Shown: in pieces, positions 10,527 through 18,139 of the stretch
Layout of the letters: each line of letters opens with the position of its first letter
Numbering within the stretch: position 1 is the stretch's first letter
Origin: Kiritimatiellia bacterium
GTDB lineage: Bacteria; Verrucomicrobiota; Kiritimatiellia; RFP12; UBA1067
NCBI GenBank assembly: GCA_017508315.1
Contig: JAFVZE010000350.1
Coordinates: 1-44,455, forward strand
Direction of reading: 5' to 3'
Length of the DNA: 44,455 nucleotides
Translations under genes and position numbers: made by a program
Notes under the pieces: model-generated
What the model was told of the DNA's origin: nothing
Databases searched by the model: none
The model's input: only the letters and a program-made list of their open reading frames with translations

Positions 10527-12338
10527 TCATCTTATTTCCATCGAATCGACATCCGGCATCGGCGAAGACGGGTTGAAAAGACGCACCGACTGAACGCCGG
10601 CGGCGAAGTCCAGTTCGCAGACGACTTCGGCAAACGCGCCGTTCGTAGGCGGAGATGCGAGTTCCGTCTTCACGCCGCCGACCTCGCAGAAAAACGTCCG
10701 CGTCTCCGGAGATGAGCAGCGGAACACGACTCTCCGCTTCCCGGGCGCGTCCATGCGTACATCCTTCCAGACAAGATCGTTGATTTCCCGCCCGCCGAGG
10801 TTGACGACGGCCACTCCGCCCGAGGCGCCGTCGCGGGAGGTGAAATATGCCCTACCCTGCTTGCGGCAGCTCTCTTCCGAACCGTAGGACGTGCCGTCGA
10901 GTTCGCTGTAATAAGTGAGATACGCGCTCTCCGCCTCGTAAACGCGGCGTTCGAGACGGCGCTCGGCGTCGAAGAGGTAGAATTTCGCCGAATGGGGCGG
11001 CAAGACGACCGTGGACGAGCCGGTGAAAGACCCCGTGTCGGCGCGTTCAACGAGATCGAAGACGTCGATGCGGCCGTCGAGGTCGAGCGCGCGCGCATCC
11101 ACTCTGATTTCCCGTTCGCTGTCGGAGGCGTTGTAGAGCGCGACGTAGCGCGAGGAGCCGAAACGCTCGAAAGCGTCCTTGGCGAGCACGTAGGCTTCGC
11201 CGGAGCGGGAAACCACGATCGCCTGCAGCCCGAGCCGGTTCTGGTTCATCCTCAGCAGAAACGGATTCGTGACGAGTTTCAGCGTCGTCTCGGGGATCTT
11301 GCGGACATCGCAGCCGAGCACGAGCGGAGAGGACATGATGCACCACATTCCGAAATGCGCGGTTTCCTCATCGACGGTCAATCCCGTGTCGCCGTGACCG
11401 ACGAACGCCGATTTCGTATTGCCTTTGTAATGGCCGACCTCAAGCATGTCGAGGTCGTTGAAATGCCCGGGCGAAACATAGGCGCTCAAGTAGAGGTTTT
11501 CCGCGATGATGTCGCGGATGGACTTCCAGCTCGCGCGGATATCCCTCGTCGTCCGCCACGATCCGGCGATCTCCGCGGCCCATACGCCCGGAAACGCCCA
11601 GCGGCAGATGTTCAAGCGGACGTCGCTGCGGCCGGTAGCCAGTATGGCCGCGGCGATTTCGCGGAAGCGTTTCTGCTCTTCGAGTTTGAGTGCTCTGCCG
11701 CCGCAGTAGTCGACCTTGAAGAAATCGAAACCGAGTTCCTTGAAGTGCAGTCTGCAGTCGGCCTCGTCATGACCGTAGAGCCCGGAGCCGATTCCGCCCT
11801 TGTCGCCGTTGAAATTGCTGCCGCAGGTGTCGATGCCCGCGTCGGAATACGTGCCGGCCTTCATGCCGAGCGCGTGAATCCCGTCGACTGTCCCCTTCAT
11901 TCCGTTCGGAAACCGTTTCGGATGGAATATGAGATTGCCGTCTTTGTCGTGGCCGTGGTAAAAACCGTCGTCGAGATTGACGTAGACGTATCCGGCCGCC
12001 TTGAGACCGTTGGTCGCCATCGCCTTGGCCACATCGAGAATAAGTTCTTCCGAAATGTCGAGCGCGAAAGTGTTCCAGCTCGACCACCCCATCAGCGGCG
12101 TCAGCGGATCGGCGGGTTCGACCGGCTCCGCGAGCCGGAGCAGACGCTCGGCGCGCGCCTTCATCCGCTCGCGCTCCGGCGCATCGATGCGGGAAAGGTT
12201 GACGAACGCCTTGACGCCGTCCTCCTGAATGCGGATGCGCTTTTCGCATTTGGGACACTCCACGAAAACGACATTCCCGCCGGCATGCACGCCAAGCGCA
12301 CAAAACACCGTCACCGGAAAAAGCAGACTTCTCTTCAT
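10527..12338 (-). CDS. GH27 alpha-galactosidase / alpha-N-acetylgalactosaminidase with a C-terminal carbohydrate-binding-like domain
   Basis: Signal peptide from ATG 12338 (MKRSLLFPVTVFCALGVHAGG). GH27 signature PLMGWSSWNTF..YVNLDDGF and FFKVDYCGG (catalytic Asp region). A C-terminal ~130-aa beta-rich domain follows. The ORF-track extension to 12380 is upstream read-through to the att repeat edge. Confidence 0.85.
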   Translation of the reverse strand: MKRSLLFPVTVFCALGVHAGGNVVFVECPKCEKRIRIQEDGVKAFVNLSRIDAPERERMKARAERLLRLAEPVEPADPLTPLMGWSSWNTFALDISEELILDVAKAMATNGLKAAGYVYVNLDDGFYHGHDKDGNLIFHPKRFPNGMKGTVDGIHALGMKAGTYSDAGIDTCGSNFNGDKGGIGSGLYGHDEADCRLHFKELGFDFFKVDYCGGRALKLEEQKRFREIAAAILATGRSDVRLNICRWAFPGVWAAEIAGSWRTTRDIRASWKSIRDIIAENLYLSAYVSPGHFNDLDMLEVGHYKGNTKSAFVGHGDTGLTVDEETAHFGMWCIMSSPLVLGCDVRKIPETTLKLVTNPFLLRMNQNRLGLQAIVVSRSGEAYVLAKDAFERFGSSRYVALYNASDSEREIRVDARALDLDGRIDVFDLVERADTGSFTGSSTVVLPPHSAKFYLFDAERRLERRVYEAESAYLTYYSELDGTSYGSEESCRKQGRAYFTSRDGASGGVAVVNLGGREINDLVWKDVRMDAPGKRRVVFRCSSPETRTFFCEVGGVKTELASPPTNGAFAEVVCELDFAAGVQSVRLFNPSSPMPDVDSMEIR

Positions 12339-12379
12339 AAATTCTTTCCCTTCAGCATATATCGAGCAATTCTGCCGCA

Positions 12380-12425
12380 TGGTGCGACTGACTGGGATCG
12401 AACCAGCAACCTTCGGCTTCGGAGG
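12380..12425. repeat. attL: 46-bp exact copy of the 3' part of tRNA-Arg(CCG); displaced tRNA fragment
   Basis: tggtgcgactgactgggatcgaaccagcaaccttcggcttcggagg is identical at 12380-12425 and 42699-42744. Identity ends on both sides (a/t at the 5' edge, gtgtt vs ccaac at the 3' edge). The left copy lacks the 5' half of the tRNA. Confidence 0.92.
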
Positions 12426-12476
12426 GTGTTGGTCGACGATTTCGGGCTTTGTTTTTAGCGGTCATGCTTGCAATGT

Positions 12477-12518
12477 GCGGTCTTTTGTGCGATAATTGGT
12501 GATGATGTTTCTTTCGTT
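12477..12518. repeat. Candidate arm-type recombinase/Xis binding motifs in the int-proximal arm
   Basis: GCGGTCTTTTGTG (12477-12489) and GTTTCTTTCGTT (12507-12518). The same two motifs occur in the same order in the other arm (42612-42659). Confidence 0.4.
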
Positions 12519-12568
12519 TCATTTGGCGAAACGGTTGAAATCTTAACATTTCAGAAAGGATTGGTCAA

Positions 12569-13672
12569 ATGGCGAGACGGGCGAAAGGCTCCGGAACTCT
12601 ATATCGGCGCAACGGCTGGTATTACGCGCAACTGAAGGTCGGCGGCGAGGTGATGCGCCGGGCGCTGGACACTCGCGACAAGCGCGAAGCGTCGAAACGG
12701 CTGGATATCTTGGCCAAGGGTTTCGATCTGCGCGATGAAGAACGTCTCGCGGCTCTGGCGGTACGGCTTAAGCCGAAATCGGCGCGGCGGACGTTTGAGG
12801 AGGCGTGGGAGGTTTATCAGAAGGCGCCGGAAAACGTCGCGCAGCCGGATCAGGCTCGGCGCAACAACGAGACGATGTGGCGGGGGTTTCTGCGATTCCT
12901 GCATGGCCACGACAAGCCGCGCTCAAGATGTAATTGCGAGGCGGCGTATCCGTCCGCCTATCTGCTCGACGATATCACCGAGAATGTGGCGAGCGATTTC
13001 GTCGGCTGGCTCAAGACGAACCGCTCGCCCGAGACGGCGAACAAATACGTCCGCGTGCTGAAGCGCGTCTGGGCGCTCAATCGCGTCGACGAGAATCCCT
13101 GGAACGGTTTTCGCAAGCTCAAGGTCGACGCCGTCCAGCGGCGGGCGCTTTCGCGTGACGAGGTGGATTTTCTCATCTCCAAGGCCGAGGGTGAAATGCG
13201 CACGCTCTTCACGCTCGGCGCTTACACCGGGATGCGTCTCGGCGACTGTCAGCGGTTCCGGTGGGAGATGGTGTGCCGTGACCGACTGATGGTTCGAACA
13301 TCGAAAACGAAACGCCTGGCGGCGATTCCGATTCATCCGGTGTTGGCGGCGGCGCTCGGTCCGGCGAAGGCCAAGGGCTACCTGATGCCGGAGCTCGCCG
13401 CGTGGCCGGAGTGGAAGATCTCCGAGGCCGTGCAGAAGCATTTCGCCGACTGCGGCTTCGAGAAGCCGGTCAAGCGTGAGGGCTACAAGCGCTCGATGGG
13501 CGAGATCGGTTTTCATTCGCTGCGTTCGACGTTCATCACGCGGCTCGGCGAGGCGGGCGTTCCTCTCGCCGTCGTGCGTGAAATGGTCGGCCATGTCTCG
13601 GAGGAGATGTCGCAGCGTTATTTCCGGGCAAATGATGACATGGCGGCGCGGGCAATCGCGGCGCTCACCTGA
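12569..13672 (+). CDS. int: Tyrosine recombinase (phage integrase family)
   Basis: 367 aa. It has an N-terminal arm-binding-like segment (GTLYRRNGWYYAQLKVGG) and a SAM-like core-binding domain. Catalytic motifs are GAYTGMRLGD (Arg I), FHSLRSTF (His-x-x-Arg), VGHVS and QRYF (Tyr). It lies 143 bp from attL. Confidence 0.93.
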   Translation: MARRAKGSGTLYRRNGWYYAQLKVGGEVMRRALDTRDKREASKRLDILAKGFDLRDEERLAALAVRLKPKSARRTFEEAWEVYQKAPENVAQPDQARRNNETMWRGFLRFLHGHDKPRSRCNCEAAYPSAYLLDDITENVASDFVGWLKTNRSPETANKYVRVLKRVWALNRVDENPWNGFRKLKVDAVQRRALSRDEVDFLISKAEGEMRTLFTLGAYTGMRLGDCQRFRWEMVCRDRLMVRTSKTKRLAAIPIHPVLAAALGPAKAKGYLMPELAAWPEWKISEAVQKHFADCGFEKPVKREGYKRSMGEIGFHSLRSTFITRLGEAGVPLAVVREMVGHVSEEMSQRYFRANDDMAARAIAALT

Positions 13673-13691
13673 AAAAAAACAAGGAGAAAAA

Positions 13692-14042
13692 ATGAAGGAT
13701 ACAATCTTAAATATGACACTTGCCGAGGATGGGATTGTCGTTCTGGCGCTCGTTCTTGGCGGTGTTGTCGGATGGCTGATTGCAATTGTCCGTCGTTGGC
13801 GACTCGATAGGAGGTTCAAGGCAGAGGAGAAGTCAATTGACAGGATAATTGCCCGCGCAAGCATTTCCGACCTTGCGGACATGGCCGATGAGAAGAAGTT
13901 GTCCCTTCAGGCACCGGTACGGTCAATGCTTCGAAAAATACGAAATGAAATCGATGCGGCCTCTATGGAGTGCGAAAGTGAGTCCGACTCCGAATTGTTG
14001 ACGGACTTGTCGTTCGATCTTGAGCGCATCGCTGGAAAGTGA
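13692..14042 (+). CDS. Small single-pass membrane protein (candidate lysogeny-expressed moron/superinfection exclusion)
   Basis: ATG at 13692 is preceded by AAGGAGAAAAA. The product is 116 aa: MKDTILNMTLAEDGIVVLALVLGGVVGWLIAIVRRWRL... with one TM helix. The region is visibly more A/T-rich than its neighbours. The longer track ORF 13476..14042 overlaps int and is not supported. Confidence 0.6.
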   Translation: MKDTILNMTLAEDGIVVLALVLGGVVGWLIAIVRRWRLDRRFKAEEKSIDRIIARASISDLADMADEKKLSLQAPVRSMLRKIRNEIDAASMECESESDSELLTDLSFDLERIAGK

Positions 14043-14088
14043 TTTTTAAGCGGTTTTGAAAAAAAATTAAAAAATCTTAAAAACGCGC

Positions 14089-14118
14089 TTGACGGTAGGT
14101 GCTACCATTTGGTAAGAT
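14089..14118 (+). promoter_or_regulatory. Sigma70-like early promoter with operator O1 in its spacer
   Basis: TTGACG (14089-14094), an 18-nt spacer, then TAAGAT (14113-14118). It is preceded by an A/T-rich UP-like stretch (14043-14088) and followed by an RBS GAAAGGA and the RHH1 ATG at 14148. Spacer length and consensus applicability in this phylum are uncertain. Confidence 0.55.
14093..14107. promoter_or_regulatory. Operator O1 (cGGTAG-GTG-CTACCa palindrome)
   Basis: The core GGTAGGTGCTACC (14094-14106) is identical to the cores of O2 and O3. It lies between the -35 and -10 elements. Confidence 0.6.
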
Positions 14119-14147
14119 GTCTGCGTCAGGTCAAGAAAGGATTGAAA

Positions 14148-14384
14148 ATGAAAGCTCCAAAGAAAACGAACCGGCACGGCCGGTACAAGGTCGGAACGGT
14201 CAAGCTGACCGTGACCGTCGATAACGAGGACAAGCTGCGCGTCGAGCGTCGCGCTCAGAATCGTGGCTATAAGGATGTTTCGTCGTTCTTGCGCGAAGCG
14301 ATCCATCAGGCGGTCTGGGACGAACCCCTTCTCCCTGAAGACTACAAGAAACTCGCAGAAATGACAAAAGCGCAGGAGGTCTGA
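14148..14384 (+). CDS. Ribbon-helix-helix (CopG/Arc/MetJ-type) DNA-binding protein 1
   Basis: 78 aa from ATG 14148: ..GTVKLTVTVDNEDKLRVERRAQNRGYKDVSSFLREAIHQAV.. The pattern is a beta-strand, helix A, G/turn, helix B. The upstream extension to 14109 would start inside the promoter. Confidence 0.75.
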   Translation: MKAPKKTNRHGRYKVGTVKLTVTVDNEDKLRVERRAQNRGYKDVSSFLREAIHQAVWDEPLLPEDYKKLAEMTKAQEV

Positions 14385-14388
14385 GACG

Positions 14389-14556
14389 ATGCAACTTACG
14401 ACTGAACTTTCGAACGATACCTGGATCAAACTTGAACGTCGAGCCAAGCGTCTCGGGCTGACCGCTGCGGAGGCGGCGCGGGTGATCGCCGTCAATGGGG
14501 CCGAATTTTTTTTGGCGATGTTGGTAGGTGCTACCAATTCCAGTATCAAGGGCTGA
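14389..14556 (+). CDS. Ribbon-helix-helix DNA-binding protein 2 (55 aa; below the ORF-track cutoff)
   Basis: ATG 14389 lies 10 nt after AGGAGG. Own translation: MQLTTELSNDTWIKLERRAKRLGLTAAEAARVIAVNGAEFFLAMLVGATNSSIKG*. It has an RHH pattern (beta QLTTELS; helices DTWIKLERRAKRLG / LTAAEAARVIAV). Its last codons contain operator O2. Confidence 0.6.
   Translation: MQLTTELSNDTWIKLERRAKRLGLTAAEAARVIAVNGAEFFLAMLVGATNSSIKG
14521..14537. promoter_or_regulatory. Operator O2: perfect palindrome TTGGTAG-GTG-CTACCAA
   Basis: Exact 17-bp inverted repeat, identical to O3. It is preceded by T8-GG-N5, as O3 is. Confidence 0.65.
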
Positions 14557-14596
14557 TGCCCTTGTACGCCTGCCGACGGTCTTTTTTTTGGGGCCG

Positions 14597-14613
14597 TTGG
14601 TAGGTGCTACCAA
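14597..14613. promoter_or_regulatory. Operator O3: perfect palindrome TTGGTAG-GTG-CTACCAA
   Basis: Exact 17-bp inverted repeat, immediately upstream of the RBS GAAGGAGG and the ATG 14628 of RHH3. Confidence 0.65.
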
Positions 14614-14627
14614 ATGAAGGAGGTCTG

Positions 14628-14795
14628 ATGTCTGTGAAATATATCGCGGTTCCGTGCGACGACGAGCTCTACCGGGCGGTCGTTGAGGCTGGCAAGCGCT
14701 CCGGCCTGAAGCTCGGGCCGGAATGCGCCCAGAGACTCCGGAAGGTTTACCGGGTCGGCGTTTTCGCGCCGGTCAAGAAAGGCGGCGCGAAATGA
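14628..14795 (+). CDS. Ribbon-helix-helix-like small DNA-binding protein 3
   Basis: 55 aa from ATG 14628 (RBS GAAGGAGG): MSVKYIAVPCDDELYRAVVEAGKRSGLKLGPECAQRLRKVYRVG.. It has a beta-strand plus two helices. The RHH assignment is weaker than for proteins 1 and 2. Confidence 0.5.
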   Translation: MSVKYIAVPCDDELYRAVVEAGKRSGLKLGPECAQRLRKVYRVGVFAPVKKGGAK

Positions 14796-15088
14796 AACCG
14801 GCGACGGCGAACGCGATCAAGGCGCTGCTCAAGATGGACGCGACGGTGACGACGAACGAGCGTTTGGCTATCGTCGAGGCGATGTCGGCGAAGCCGTCGT
14901 CGGCGGCGGCGCTCGATCTGGCCGGGGAGGTCTCGGTCGCTGATGCGGCGGACTATCTTTCGATGTCGCGCACTACGCTTTGGCGGATGTGTTCGCGCGG
15001 CGACGTCTGCGCGGTCCGGCGCGGGAAGAAATATTACATTGCGGGCGCGGACGTGGCGAGGCTCAAGTCGGCCAAGGAGGTGGCATGA
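14792..15088 (+). CDS. Excisionase/AlpA-like helix-turn-helix DNA-binding protein
   Basis: 98 aa from ATG 14792 (ATGA overlap with the preceding stop). The C-terminal motif VSVADAADYLSMSRTTLWRMCSRGDVCAVRRGKKYYIAGADVARL is typical of the HTH_17/Xis/MerR-like excisionase fold. Confidence 0.7.
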   Translation: MKPATANAIKALLKMDATVTTNERLAIVEAMSAKPSSAAALDLAGEVSVADAADYLSMSRTTLWRMCSRGDVCAVRRGKKYYIAGADVARLKSAKEVA

Positions 15089-15270
15089 GCCGTAGGCTGG
15101 TGTGTGAACGGTGTCCGAAGTGGCGGCGCGGCGTGTCCGTCTGTCTGTTTCGCGGAGTCGTGATGCTCGGTGATTATCCGGTCTGTGATCACGGGCGGCT
15201 CTTCATCAAGCGCGAAGCGAGCCGTCTGTGGATGGCTAAAAACGCAAAGACCAAAAAGGAGGCGCGATGA
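15085..15270 (+). CDS. Small Cys-rich (zinc-binding-like) protein
   Basis: 61 aa with an ATGA overlap: MSRRLVCERCPKWRRGVSVCLFRGVVMLGDYPVCDHG... (CxxC ... C ... CxH). Confidence 0.5.
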   Translation: MSRRLVCERCPKWRRGVSVCLFRGVVMLGDYPVCDHGRLFIKREASRLWMAKNAKTKKEAR

Positions 15271-15416
15271 AATTTTTTCTTTATGTTTTGGAGGCGGCGC
15301 TGATCGCTATGGCGATCGCGGCACTCGTGGCGGTTAAACGCGAGGAGGCCAGGGCGGCGGCGGAGCTTGAGTCTGCGCGGGCGGCGCGTGTGGAGATGAT
15401 GGGAGGTGCGCTATGA
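15267..15416 (+). CDS. Small membrane protein (49 aa; below the track cutoff)
   Basis: Own translation from ATG 15267 (ATGA overlap): MKFFLYVLEAALIAMAIAALVAVKREEARAAAELESARAARVEMMGGAL*. It has one TM helix. Confidence 0.4.
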   Translation: MKFFLYVLEAALIAMAIAALVAVKREEARAAAELESARAARVEMMGGAL

Positions 15417-15592
15417 AAAGACCGCGCATCAAGTTCCTGGTGTTCACGGGGGCGGCGTGGTGGCCGACGTGGGCGGTTTCAGAGGCGCAGGCGATCTCGA
15501 ACGTTGAGTTCCGGATGCGCCAGGCCGGGAAGTTTCCGGTGCGATCGCAGTTCGAGGTCCGCCGCGCTGACATGAAGGAGGCGGTGAAGTGA
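15413..15592 (+). CDS. Small hypothetical protein (59 aa; below the track cutoff)
   Basis: Own translation from ATG 15413 (ATGA overlap): MKRPRIKFLVFTGAAWWPTWAVSEAQAISNVEFRMRQAGKFPVRSQFEVRRADMKEAVK*. Its stop overlaps the GTG start of the next gene (GTGA). Confidence 0.35.
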   Translation: MKRPRIKFLVFTGAAWWPTWAVSEAQAISNVEFRMRQAGKFPVRSQFEVRRADMKEAVK

Positions 15593-17547
15593 GTTCAATC
15601 GATGCTGAAAAGGAACGCTGGGTCAAGGCGTGGTCCCGCAAGAAGAAGATGCTCGGGCCGAAGAAATGGGCGGAGCTCGTCGCGCTTGTTGAAAACCGGA
15701 TGATCGACCATTTGACGCAGGCCGCCGAAGCGGTCACGATGTCAAAGGAGGTCCTGGGCGGGCAGCAGTTCTTTGGTGTCGCGCGTGCGCCGCGCGTGCC
15801 GGATGAGCCGGAATGGATGGAATCGCGATTCTCGATCTTCACGACGGTCGCGGCGGACGGTCAGCCGGTCGCCTACGTGGTCACGCTGAGGTGCTGGGCG
15901 GACTGGGATTGCAAGACCGCGATCGAGTTGAACAAGTCGATGGTGTCGCGAGTCTGCTCGGATCGGCGCTTGAGCTTCTCTACCCGCGCCCAGACGGAAG
16001 TGCAAACGAGGACGGTCATCATGTGGATGCGTCTGCGCGGGTCGTTCTTTTGGAATAAGAACCAGAAAATCAACAACGCGAATCTGTACTTCGATTCCGC
16101 GTCGAACATTCTGCGCGTCATTCATTCCGACGATTTCAAGTCGTGGATCCATGCGCATTCGCAGATCAATCCGGCGAAGGCCGACTTCGATTTCCTGATG
16201 CATCAAATAGACTCTGCGGCGATGAATCCGGAGATCTCGCGCGAGTGCGTTCCTGGGGCGCTCTTCGACCGGCGCGGCGATGTGATCTATGTCTCAAACG
16301 GCGACGCGTCGATGGTGCGCGTCCGGGCGGCGGTCGGCGGGGAGCCGGTGGTCGAAGTTGTGCCGAACGGCACGGACTCGGTCGTGTTCACCCAGGGGAT
16401 GACGCTCCAGCCGTGGGAGATCGTCGACGGCGAGGGTGAGGATCCGTTCGAACATTGTCCGCCGTTCTCGACAGCGAATTATCAGAGCGAACACGGGAGG
16501 ATGATTGCTCGGCTGTGGTTTCTCGGGCTGGTCTCGTGCCTGCGCTCCTACCCGGCGATTGTGTTCACCGGCAGGATGCGCTCGGGTAAAAGCCGAACGG
16601 CTAAGGGTGTATTTGAGCTTCTCGGCGCTCCGGTTCGGCTCTCGGCCATCCGGGCGAACGGCGAAAACGATTTCTGGACCGTCGTCAATAAGGGCGGTGT
16701 GGTCTGCTTCGACAATGTCGACACTAAAAACGCCTGGTTCGGTGACGCCATGCAGCTTGCGTGTACGGACGGCTCGACGGAATCGCGGACGCTGTTCACG
16801 AATGACCAGACCACGACGCTTCGGGCGAATGCCAAAATCGTCATGACCTCTAATAATCCGATGTTCGCGTCGGAGTCTGGTCTCGCTGACCGGCTGCAGA
16901 TCGTGCGGCTCGAGCAGTTCGATGGAAAGAATGGCAAGGAGTCCGGCGACAGCTCGATCACGGAGGCGATTGCTAAAAAGCGCGACTCCGCGCTGACGTG
17001 GCTGGTGCGGACGGTTTCCCGCGCCCTGGCCGACTCCGAGGACGTGGAACCTAACGTCAATATGCGGCATCCGGACTTCGCGGCCTTCTCGATGCGCTGC
17101 GCCCGCGCCCTGTCGTCTGACGCTTATAAGCAGTCCATCTTGGCGCTTAAGTCGGCCGAATTCGACAAGGCTCTGCTGACGATTCAAAACAACTCAACGA
17201 CGAATTACATCTTCGAGGCGCTCTCGGCGAGGTTCACGAATCCGGTCTTTGCCGGTCAGGAATGGGACGGCACGGCGTCGGACATGATGGACGCAATCGT
17301 CGAAATTCATCCCGACTTGGAGAAGTCGAAATACCTCTCTGCGACTTCGATAGGTAAGGCGCTCGGGCGGTATTTTGATCAATTCGCCGTGTTGTTTGCG
17401 ATGCGTCCGCCGCGAAAGTATGGAAGTCAGACCAAGTATCTCGTCTCTGGCTTTTCGGATATGTACGCGAAAAACGTCGAGGTTCTCGAGGGAAAATCCA
17501 AGATAACTCCTGAAGGATCTGAGGAGGCTCTGGCCGACTTCTTATAA
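15589..17547 (+). CDS. Replication protein with a C-terminal SF3 (P4-alpha/D5-like) helicase NTPase domain; N-terminal ~330 aa unassigned
   Basis: 652 aa. Walker A FTGRMRSGKSRTA, Walker B GGVVCFDNVD and SF3 motif C IVMTSNNP occur in the correct order and spacing. I could not recognise any primase (AEP or DnaG) motif in the N-terminal half. Confidence 0.7.
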   Translation: MSSIDAEKERWVKAWSRKKKMLGPKKWAELVALVENRMIDHLTQAAEAVTMSKEVLGGQQFFGVARAPRVPDEPEWMESRFSIFTTVAADGQPVAYVVTLRCWADWDCKTAIELNKSMVSRVCSDRRLSFSTRAQTEVQTRTVIMWMRLRGSFFWNKNQKINNANLYFDSASNILRVIHSDDFKSWIHAHSQINPAKADFDFLMHQIDSAAMNPEISRECVPGALFDRRGDVIYVSNGDASMVRVRAAVGGEPVVEVVPNGTDSVVFTQGMTLQPWEIVDGEGEDPFEHCPPFSTANYQSEHGRMIARLWFLGLVSCLRSYPAIVFTGRMRSGKSRTAKGVFELLGAPVRLSAIRANGENDFWTVVNKGGVVCFDNVDTKNAWFGDAMQLACTDGSTESRTLFTNDQTTTLRANAKIVMTSNNPMFASESGLADRLQIVRLEQFDGKNGKESGDSSITEAIAKKRDSALTWLVRTVSRALADSEDVEPNVNMRHPDFAAFSMRCARALSSDAYKQSILALKSAEFDKALLTIQNNSTTNYIFEALSARFTNPVFAGQEWDGTASDMMDAIVEIHPDLEKSKYLSATSIGKALGRYFDQFAVLFAMRPPRKYGSQTKYLVSGFSDMYAKNVEVLEGKSKITPEGSEEALADFL

Positions 17548-17650
17548 TCTTTATAAGGTTGCGAGGCCGTTTTCCCATTAAGAACTAAAAATACCAATTT
17601 TCCACCTACGTATTCAAATCAATGGTTTAAGGTTATAAACCTTATAAAAT
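17541..17650. promoter_or_regulatory. A/T-rich intergenic region with nested TTATAAGGTT-type palindromes (candidate origin or regulatory site)
   Basis: CTTATAA-TCT-TTATAAG (17541-17557). TTATAAGGTT (17551-17560) has its inverted partner AACCTTATAA at 17638-17647. A local palindrome AAGGTT-ATA-AACCTT lies at 17629-17643. A further TTTAAGGTT occurs at ~18212. Confidence 0.35.
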
Positions 17651-17653
17651 GAA

Positions 17654-18139
17654 ATGAAGGATAAAACGATAGCTGAGTTGATTCATGACCGGGTGTTTGC
17701 CGAGGGCGGAACGCTGAACGTCTGGCTCTCTGGCGCGAAGTTCCGGAAGTTGACGACTCGGATCAACGCTCGAACTTGTCATTCAGCGACCGCCGAGGAG
17801 TCGATGGACTGCCTGGTGGAATTCAAGCCGTCGCCGGAGTTGGCGACGATGATCGCTCGGAATGCCGACGAGCTACGGGGCTATCTGTCCGGAATAGTCC
17901 GGAATTGGGCGGCCGAAGTATCGGCTCGCAGATCTCGCCTGGCCGGTTCGGCACGGGTCCTTCCCGGAGGTTTCGAAGCCGTCTCTCAAAGGTCAAAAGG
18001 TCCGGATATTTGCGACTGTCACGGCGGGATGAGGTCGGCGATTTCAGAGCGTGGGCGAAAAATTACCGGCGCGGCGGTAATTGCGGCGGTTTTTTGTGGT
18101 TTTGCAGGTCTCGGACGGCCTTTTGTCGGTGTTCTCTGA
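17654..18139 (+). CDS. Hypothetical protein (the 3' third is doubtful as coding)
   Basis: 161-aa ORF. The first ~95 aa look protein-like with GC-rich third positions. The last ~65 codons have weaker third-position bias and contain a hairpin plus T-run (18061-18095). Confidence 0.4.
   Translation: MKDKTIAELIHDRVFAEGGTLNVWLSGAKFRKLTTRINARTCHSATAEESMDCLVEFKPSPELATMIARNADELRGYLSGIVRNWAAEVSARRSRLAGSARVLPGGFEAVSQRSKGPDICDCHGGMRSAISERGRKITGAAVIAAVFCGFAGLGRPFVGVL

Noticed and set aside
12339-12380. N-terminal extension of the GH27 ORF up to the att repeat
   Set aside because: The signal peptide begins at the internal ATG (12338). The extension is upstream open frame that happens to end at the repeat boundary.
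12380-12460. A second functional tRNA at attL
   Set aside because: Only the 3' 46 nt are present. The adjacent sequence cannot form the anticodon-stem 5' strand, D-arm or acceptor 5' strand.
14067-14549. 160-aa minus-strand ORF across the RHH genes, considered as a divergent cI-like repressor
   Set aside because: It would start inside operator O2 and run antisense through two well-formed RHH genes that have RBS sites. I see no HTH or peptidase motif. Its repeated VAPT peptides are simply the palindrome read backwards.
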